64,000 nucleotides of DNA from Cladosporium halotolerans (Eukaryota), in contig NW_027191458.1 in NCBI RefSeq assembly GCF_011745625.1, positions 558,001-622,000 of the forward strand, written 5' to 3'. The notes under the pieces are model-generated. The model did no database searches and was not told the DNA's origin. It worked only from the letters and a program-made list of their open reading frames with translations. Both the position numbers and the translations under genes were made by a program. Numbering within the stretch: the stretch's first letter is position 1; every line of letters starts with the position of its first letter. Below are positions 55,601-64,000 of this stretch, in pieces.

Positions 55601-56945
55601 CCTGACTAAGCCTGATCGCTGGTCTGAGTTTCGAGTGGAACAATACGAGAATGAGGCAGAGGACAAAACTGTTCACCACGCGCCTACAACTTAAAAAAAG
55701 AACCGCTCTCGGCCATAGAGCATTGCAGAGGATATGCTGATCACGTCGACCTCCCCCGCTGTCACGCCATGCTTGGGTGCGGGCATGTCGGCAGTAGTTG
55801 ACGCTCCTTGGGCCTCACTAGCCGCATACAGGAAGATAGGCAGGTGACAGGGGCCAAGGAGATTGCTTTCGTTGCCTGTAACATGAGTGTGTCACCTTCA
55901 GATGATCTTGGGCTTTTAAGCGTCGTCGGTGAAGTGTGTATTGGGGTTGGGGGGGTCAAGGGTTAGGGTTAGGGTGACGACCCAAGTTGAAATCAGTGCC
56001 CTACTCCTATTTCGCGACTTTCATTTGCCACATCGATACGTCGTTAGGTTGTTGCTTGCCTGCAAAACCTACTGGTCAGCCTTTAATGGACTGTAAAGAT
56101 TGCAGCATTTGCGGTGGGGTTCGCGTAAGCTCAGATCAAGTACGTTTAAACCCCGGAGGAAACTCATCAAGGAAGCAGACTTTAGTGGACCGACAACAGT
56201 AAGGTAAGATGGCGACATTATTGCTATATCGCATGAGTAGTGTTCGCCGTAGGATGGATGCTCTCTTTACCGAGATCTGAGCCCTCCGCTGTGGATTCAC
56301 TCCGTCATCCGAGAGATCAGCAACCGGGAGCGCCCAATTCGCTTGACTGAGAACGTGCAGTTCTGTGCAGGAGCTAGGACCTGCACAGGGAAGGATATGT
56401 CCATCTTGGAAATTGTCGAAAGTGCTGCCACGGTTGCTTAGAAACTGGATCCCACCATTGCGCCTAGAAGCAAGTGGGAAACGCACAGTAGGTGGTTCAT
56501 GACACCCTAATTGAAAGTTTGCTTCAACAAAAGGCAGCCTGACATGTATGCGGCTTGATTCCTGTGCAGAAACAAAGTGGTTGCTGTGATTTGGGAAGCG
56601 GTCAGCGTGTATGCCATCCTAGTGGTCACGACAAAATCTTCGTGAAGGTGACAAGTATGACAACGACTTCCTCAATAACGTCCTCTGTAATGACCACCAT
56701 CCAGGCATAACACGGCGGTAGAAGCGCGAATTGTCTCCAGCGCTGTGTGCCTAGTTATTACACCGTTTTGACTCTCAAAGTTGTACGGCGATTGAACAAT
56801 AATAATTGCATGTGGCGAATACCTCTCTAACTCCGTGCATCGGCGCATCGTCCTGCGCATCTTCAGTCCAAGCGTTCCCATTCGAAATTCTTTCAGTAAT
56901 CATACATTTCCCCGTTTCCCCCTTTCATCCATCTAAATTCGCTCC

Positions 56946-57397
56946 TCAGTGGCTTAGCGTATTCCTCCCCCGCAGCGTCCTCCTCTTCAAGATCTTCCTC
57001 CCGTTCCTTGACCTCACTCTTGAGAGAAAGCCGTGCCTCCGCTTTCTGACGCGGTGTGAAGGGTCGTACGTGTCTCTCTTTGCGCCGCGCACCTGGAGCA
57101 GCGAAGAGCCGGGCTGGTATGGGAGCTGGAAGGATGCGGTGGGGATGTCGGCGGCGATGGCGCTTGTTGCGGTCGAGGGGGCGACGGTCGGTCTTGAAGG
57201 AAGGGACGAGAGCACGCCATAAGATCTGTGAAGGTGTGTGTGAGCTGCGAAGGTCTTGCGATTCTGGATTGGTGCGGAAGGCCGTACCTGGTTGCTTGGA
57301 TGGGAGCAAATGTCTGGCGAGCCATCTGAGGCCCCACCGGTCGAAGGCTTGAGGCCGCAGGCGCAAAAGCGCTCCGCAGGCAGCGTAGGCTGAACAT
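56946..57397 (-). CDS. MRPL34: Mitochondrial ribosomal protein bL34m; intron 57226-57287
   Basis: Presequence MFSLRCLRSAF; C-terminal KRDTYDPSHRVRKRRHGFLSRVRSRNGRKILKRR...GRNTLSH. Confidence 0.92.
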
Positions 57398-57671
57398 TGT
57401 GTGTATTTGTGATGTGACGCTCTCTTCCGCCACCTGTAGTCGCCCAAAGACGTCGTTGCAGTCCAGCCAGCCAACGGAGGTTTGCGGACTTCGCGTCCCA
57501 AAGCGGCAACCCAGAAAGATCGACGCACGCTCGGCCAATCGTCGCCGAGCGCAAAGCGAGCTTCACTTCTCTACCTCCAAAATTTCCCCAGCCCAGCATT
57601 GAACTCTCTCATTGCAGCGAAGCGTAGAAGCACTCTTCACTGTCCACCACCCAAGCAGAAACACTGCGAAA

Positions 57672-58274
57672 ATGGCCTCCCGCACCGCCTACCCACCAAT
57701 GCACACGCCCAGCGCCCCGCGCAGCCTGGCTCCCGCAACCGCCGAATCGCACCTCACAACCTTCCTCACACAATCCCGGACCAAACCCTCCTACCACCCA
57801 GATGCCCTGCTCTCGAGCACCGGCATCCAATTCTCCGCACACTCTGGCCCGAACGGCGGACTCGCGCTGCACCACCTGCAGCGAATCGCGGCGGGGCTGC
57901 GCGGCGAGAACCTCGTGCAGGAGACGCAGGAGGAGCTGGAAGCCGTGTACGGCGAGGAGATGCGGGCGGCGGGCACGCTGCGGGGGGACGATGCGAGGCT
58001 GGACGGCGCGATTGAGAGGACTTCGAAGAGGGGGAGGAGCCAGGAGCGTGTGAGGGAGTGGGAGGATGGGGGCGCGTTTGCGGCGGCGCAGGAGGTTGTT
58101 GAGGGCGAGGTGGGGGATCGCGAGGGCGCGGAAGTAGTGCAGCAGGGAGGCGCGCCGCCGGCGGTCGAGAGCCATGGGGGCAAGGTGGATGCGGCGACGA
58201 GGAAGGCGGCGAAGAAGCAGAGGAGGCTGGCGCAGCTGAAGGAGAAGGAGGAGGAGAAGGCGAGGAAGGAGTGA
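57672..58274 (+). CDS. Probable RNA polymerase I subunit A14/Ker1-like protein
   Basis: Two-helix core AESHLTTFL and LHHLQRIAAGLRG resembling A14-family helices; Lys/Glu-rich tail. Confidence 0.55.
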   Translation: MASRTAYPPMHTPSAPRSLAPATAESHLTTFLTQSRTKPSYHPDALLSSTGIQFSAHSGPNGGLALHHLQRIAAGLRGENLVQETQEELEAVYGEEMRAAGTLRGDDARLDGAIERTSKRGRSQERVREWEDGGAFAAAQEVVEGEVGDREGAEVVQQGGAPPAVESHGGKVDAATRKAAKKQRRLAQLKEKEEEKARKE

Positions 58275-58499
58275 GTTTGGGGCGGGATGGGATTGATATT
58301 CGACACATCGACAGTGGCCTTCGAGGACATGGGACAACTGCATCCGACCATATTATCTCCACATTCACTGGTCAGCAGCACGCCCACTTAATGGTGGGAC
58401 GCCGGTCATGTGCGAAACTACGCACTATTCGAGCGCGGCAAGAAACTAAAAATACACTGCGCCGGGCTTTCGACGACAGAACTACAGGCTACAGAAGTT

Positions 58500-59923
58500 T
58501 TATAGTTCCTTCTCAGGCGCGCCGCCATCCGCCTTCTTTGCGTCGCCTCCAACCTTCGTCTCGCTGGTCCAGCCAAGAGCTTTCAATCGCTCAGTCAGGA
58601 TCGGATGGCTGTAGTGGTAGGCCGAGTACATCCAGTCGGCGTCCATGGCGGAAAGGTTCTGGATCTGGAGCTTGATGAGAGAAGAGGCGAGTTCGGCCGA
58701 GTAGCCGTGGCTGCGGCCAAAGGCGTCTGACAAGCGGTATTAGGTCCGGGTAATCGGGTAGTTTGGGAAAGAAAGGGATACGTACCAGCCTGGAATTCGA
58801 ACTTCCTCGTGAAAATGTTCATCATCAGCTTCACAAGGCTGTCGGTCGGGCTGAGCACTTCGTTGAACAAGATGAACCCAATCATTATCGGCTTCTCCGT
58901 GTGGAAGCCGAACGCCTCGTACAAACTCCGGTTGTTGATGAAGACGCTGAATAGCGCGAACACGTAGAAGAGGTGAGAGCTGGCAATGCCCAGTAGCTTC
59001 GTAGTGTGACCCATGTGCCAGTGGCCCAGCTCGTGTGCGAGAACGGCTTCCACCTCCTTGTCCGAGCTCTTCTCGATAAGCGTGTCGTACAAGACGATCT
59101 TTTTCTTCCAGGGCATGCCAGTGAAGTAGGCGTTCGAGTGGGCGGAGCGCTTGGAGCCGTCGATGATTTGCAATTCGCCGAGAGGGAACTTGAGACGTGC
59201 AGCAAGGGCTTCGACGCGGTCTTTGAGGGAGCCGGGCTCAAGCGGGGTGAGCTTGTTGAAGAGAGGAGTGATGACGATGGGGAAGATGGTGACCATGAAG
59301 AGCTGGACGCTGAGGGTGAAGAGCCAGAGGTACAAGAAGAATTGGTCGCCGGTCTTTTGGATGATCTTGAGGAAGGCGGCGCCGATAGGGATGCCAAACG
59401 CTAGACCGAGGGCTTGAGATTTGAGCAGATCGGTGACCCATAGGGAAACTGTCTGTTTGTTGAATCCGAACGATTCCTCGAGGACGAAGTGGTGGTAGTA
59501 GCTGAACGGAAGGGACAGTAGCATCTCGGCGAAAGAGTAGGTGAAAACGAATATCAGACTTTGCGTGATCTCGCCTTGGAAGCGAGAGGGAAAATAACTG
59601 GTCATCCAGAGGCCAGCGACGGCCCAGAGCTTGGGGTAGACATCGTAGGTGATTGCGGCGTAGTTCTTGACCTGATTCCAGACATTTTCGACGAAGGTGT
59701 ATTTTGACTTGGCGCGACCGTAGGCTTGCGATTTGTCGTAGGTTTCTTGGTTGATTTCTTGCTTGAGCTGTTTGGGGACGGTGGTGCGCTTGAGGACTCG
59801 GTATTGGCGGTACTGGAGGTAGGTCTCTACCGCGAACTGGCCGACAGCGAATGTGACGATGACCGATTTCCAAGGGATTGTGGGCGAGTCCAGGCCTGCG
59901 CCGAGGCGTCGCAGGAAGTCCAT
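58500..59923 (-). CDS. STE24: CaaX prenyl protease 1 (peptidase M48); intron 58727-58785
   Basis: IDGSKRSAHSNAYFTG, IVLYDTL, AVLAHELGHW, RKFEFQADAF, YHYSHPILTERL. Confidence 0.96.
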
Positions 59924-60641
59924 GGTTGCGGACTGGACTCTGTCGAGCTCTGTGTACTGAGATGGATGGATCAAGGGATCAAGGGATACATGAACAGACA
60001 CGTAGGACTTGAAAGTCGCGAGACAATCAAGCTCAAGCCCCACATACCTTGGCAATTCGGGGTCTTGTTTCACATGCAAGGGAGCGACTCCGGTGACGAT
60101 CCTTGGGTGAAAGAGACGGCGGAACACTGTCTAGCAAACACACGTCGCGATATCTCTCGAAGCATGGCTCCGGCAGTACATGCTCGCGACGCCTGTAGCT
60201 CTGCCAGACATCCTCTCGACCCGCCATTGCCTCTTGGCGCCTCGGCCGGCAGAGGTGCAGCGCGTACGGGGCCAATCAAGGGGCGCGCGCTGTGTTGCGG
60301 CTGACGTAGGTTCGCTGCTTGCTGCTGTTGCCGCCGCCAACAGGTCACCGACCGCTGCCGCCGCCATCTTGGGCCGCATCTCACAGGCCACGCAGTAGAT
60401 AGTCTGCAGTCCAGTACGTAGCCGAGCAAATTCCAGCCATATCTCATTGTCAGTCCGCAGACGTCCAGTTTTCCGTCTTGACGTTTTCGCTGCTCCTCCG
60501 ACATCCCACTCCTGAAGACCCCGCCTTCGCGCAAAGGATCAACACTACTGCCTGCCTGCGCCGCACACGTACAGGTCCGCCGCTGCGACTGGGGTGCTCT
60601 GTCTGGCACGCGGCTCCGCGCAAAAGCACAGCACACACAGC

Positions 60642-63600
60642 ATGCCTGACGAGCTGTTCCTCAATCCGGGTGACGGCGCCAACAACAGCGAGCCAACTCC
60701 CCAGCCTCTCCGGATAAACAAGCAGGGCTCGCCGCAGCCTTCCGACCATCCAACTGAGCAATGGGCGGCCTATAACGTTCCCCCGTCAAGCAGTGCCGCA
60801 GCATACGGCGCCCCGACGTCACCGCCGCCCAACGGACCTTTGCCCTACCCAGACGAGAGGACGAGAAGATACGACTACCCAGCACCAGACGGCAGGGTTC
60901 CTAGGACAGACACACCAACCGGGGCAGAGGAAGGAAGAGCGCAGAATACGAGACCGCGCAAAGCAAGCATGAGCTCTGACAACTCCTCTGGAGCGGGCAG
61001 TGGGGATGGCCACCGTAGAAGACCGCGGTTCGATGCGAACGACCCCAACCGACCGACTCTGGGAGGATATGCCAGTTCTACTCCGAGGTTGGCCGAGAGG
61101 CGAGGCACTCCTGCTAAGGGCATTCTCCCCGAGAGTCCAGGTGGGCCAGAGCTCCCGGACAAGGACGAGGATGAGGGCCTTTTCCAACGCGCTCCCAGGA
61201 AGCAGAGCGAAGGCTCCCAACAACAGCCGCAGCAGGACTATCAGCAACAGTTCTATCCACCACCGCTCGGATCCACTGCACCTCCCGCCCCGCAGCAGCA
61301 TTTGCACATCCCGAACCCTTCTGGCGTCAATCGGCTCAGTAGTACCGCCTCGAACGCCACTACACGAGCTTCTCGCGGCTCGCCACCTCCACCTGAAACA
61401 CCTATTGACCCTTCGGGTGGACCCTCTGGGCTGGGAGATATCGAAGCGCGATACGCAGCATCTGGAATTCCAGGAACGAACACTCTCAACGAGATGCAAG
61501 CTCAGAGTGCGGCCGCGGCAGCACGGCGGGCCCAATATGGGAGCCCGGCGCCGATGCGAGGGACGCCACAACCTCAAGCTCAATCACAAGCACAGCCGAG
61601 CGGCAGGTGGAGCCCCACAGAGCGACCGGAGAATACTCCTCATGGACCACCAGTCACTTTCCAAGGAGTAGAAGAGGTTGGGTCTAGCGGCGCTGGTGTT
61701 CCCAGCCAGACCAACGGAAGACAGCCGAGCTATTCTGCCCCAGGTGCAAGCCCTGATGGTCAACTCGGTTCTGACATGAATCGCATGAACCTGAACGATG
61801 AGCCCCCGCCAGCCTACTCTCCCCCTGTTGCTGGCACTGCAGCCTCGCAATACCCTAATGAGAAGGGGAGATACGGAAACGCGTCCCCACAGAGCAACGC
61901 TCAAGCAGGAGCTTCGTCGCAACCGAACAGGCAACACCCGGCCTTTGCGAACGACCCTGTACCTGTACAAGATCCGAGTCCTCAGCCAGGCCCTTCGCAG
62001 TCAAACGCACCGCAAGGCATGACTCCGATAAACGTACAACAGGCTAATAAGTCGCCCTCTCCAGGCGCCTCCGGACAAGGACCTTCAAGTCCGCCGCCAC
62101 TGCCTGAAGGCTGGATTGCTCACCTTGACAGCAACTCTGGCCAATATTATTACATCCACCTTCCGACACAGAGCACTCAGTGGGAATTCCCCAAGGGCCC
62201 GACTCCATTGAATCTTCAGGAGCCCATGTCTCCAGTTGGCACCTACCAGAATCCACTGGCTTCGCCTTCTGCATCCATGTTCAAGCAGCCACTTGCATCG
62301 CCGGGCTTCGGTCCAGTACCGCAGACGGCCAATTATGATCGTACAAGCATGATGAGCATGGCTTCCGTTGCATCTCCTACTGCTGCAGGCTTCACCGGTC
62401 CGCCACCTAGCGCAGGTGTCGATATGTACAAGATCGCACCGACAAACAGCGTCTACTTTGGTCCTTACCTCCGTTACACTAACATGGATCTAGAACGTGG
62501 GTTGTGGCTAGGCAGCATTATGCTGGTCACAGACGTAGCGCAGCCTCCATCCATCCACATCCATCAGTCTACCGATCTGTCTCCGAATCCAAGGCAGCTC
62601 AAAGCTCACCCCATTCATTCGCATCAACGCTGGACGTTCTATCGCTATGATATTGACCTTCGTATGGAAGATCAGCCGGCTAAATGGACGTACGCCATCA
62701 CTTCTCATCTCGGGTGCACTCGTTACGAGTTTTTGGTTGCTGCACGCCACGAGCAAAGCTGGCGTTTCATCGCACATTCAGGCAACGACTTCGCTATCAA
62801 CGTGAGTGCCAATGACCGCGCGAAGCTGGGAGGCATTAGCCCAATGTGGAAGGACGTCCTTCTGAAGCATCAGGAATGCGGCGGCTTTCACACACAAATC
62901 GGGCTGGGTGGTCAAATCTACGCAGACAGGCTTTGGAAAGACATTCCCGCCCTCAGACAATGGACGCAAATGAGTGGCAAAGAGAACCGAAAGAACGCTC
63001 AGTGGACGGCTAAAATGGATGAGGATGCCACGCACGCTTACTTCCATTACTATACCTCCCACTTCGACCAGCCTGCCATTCGCGAAGCGTTTGCTCAGAT
63101 CCCTCACGTCTGCTGTCTCGACGACCATGACATCTTCGACGGATTCGGAAGTTACCCAGAATACATGCAGCAGAGCCACGTCATCAAGAATGTTGGTCGG
63201 ATCGGTATTGAGATGTACCTCCTCTTCCAGCACCACACGACCTTCGAGATTCTCCGCGCTGTATCAAACGACATCGACCTCTTCACCATCACCGGCCAAG
63301 GATGGCACTTTGTCAAGTATCTCGGCCCTAGCGTGGTCGTCGTTGGACCAGACACTCGCAGCGAGAAGACCACCAACCAAGTCCTGGCCGGCCCGACATA
63401 CCAAGGCATCTTCCCGAAGGTCGCAGTGCTTCCTCCAAGCGTCCAACATTGCATTTGGCTACTACCTGTGCCTGTCATCTACCCTCGGCTTGAAACCATG
63501 GAACATGTGGCCAGCGCTGCTGCTACGGGCAAGAAGGTCGTTACAGGCGGCTTCAACGCGATTGGCAGGCTTGCGGGTGGCGTGGCTGGCGTCGTCGGTG

Positions 63601-64000
63601 CCAAAGGGGTGGTAAACTCCGGTTTCGACGGGGTCAAGAAAGCCATCGGCAAGTCTGGCTTGATGCAGGGCGTGCTGAGTCCGTTCGGCGAGGTCGAAGT
63701 GCTCGACGAGCTGCGTGACATGTGGACGCACGAAAGCAAGGTAAGCGCTCTCCCATTCCTCAAAACTATCTCCTAGAGACACCCGGCCGCTAACAAAAAC
63801 CCAACCAGGACCTCGAACGCACCTACCTCATCCGCACCCTCCAAGGCATCTCGCACAACAAATCCATCCGCATGACCTTCCTCTCCGGCAGCGTCAACGC
63901 CTGCGGCGCCGGCCTCGTGCACGACCCGGCGCACCCCTCCGACCACAAGACCATGTACCAGCTGATCACGGCGCCCATCGTCAACGCCCCGCTGTCCAGC
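60642..64000 (+). CDS. WW-domain plus PhoD-like metallophosphatase-fold protein, truncated by window end; intron 63741-63808
   Basis: WW LPEGWIAHLD...YYYIH...TQWEFP; GGQIYADRLW, DDHDIFDGFGSY, GPDTRSE, PVIYPRL. Confidence 0.85.

Noticed and set aside
59924..60127. N-terminal extension of STE24 in the ORF track (similarly ATP12 24057, GNAT 28515, WW-PhoD 60594)
   Set aside because: Extensions lack family similarity and mostly use non-ATG starts; downstream ATGs have better context.

Overview
Gene-dense eukaryotic DNA from a filamentous ascomycete. Short GT-AG introns with CTRAC branch sites, a Zn2Cys6 factor and palF point to Pezizomycotina; a Dothideomycete assignment is my impression only. 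I can support about 27 protein genes and one intron-containing tRNA-Pro(UGG). Most are housekeeping: SHR3, LSM5, WRN-type exonuclease, SOD-fold mitoribosomal protein, cysteine synthase, ATP12, CSC1/OSCA channel, palF/RIM8, GST, tropomyosin, RRP17, VOA1/BIG1-like, MSH3, MRPL34, STE24 and a WW-PhoD protein running off the right end. Two divergent genes are identifiable from short motifs: a securin and a Pol I subunit A14/Ker1-like gene. An ORF-sparse, compositionally distinct segment at about 48.6-56.8 kb holds a leaderless metzincin, a Kex2-type secreted protein with a toxin-like C-terminus and a 2OG-Fe(II) oxygenase. The most unusual signal is not a gene: about 16 kilobase-scale GC-rich domains in which the top strand always goes from C/A-rich to G/T-rich, whatever the gene orientation or boundaries. 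Other points are a cluster of PacC sites upstream of palF, two GC-AG introns, three stop-free in-frame introns, telomere-like boxes and a tandem degenerate HIT protein. No transposon, CRISPR array or rRNA was recognised. All calls are by eye, and exon boundaries and start codons are inferred.
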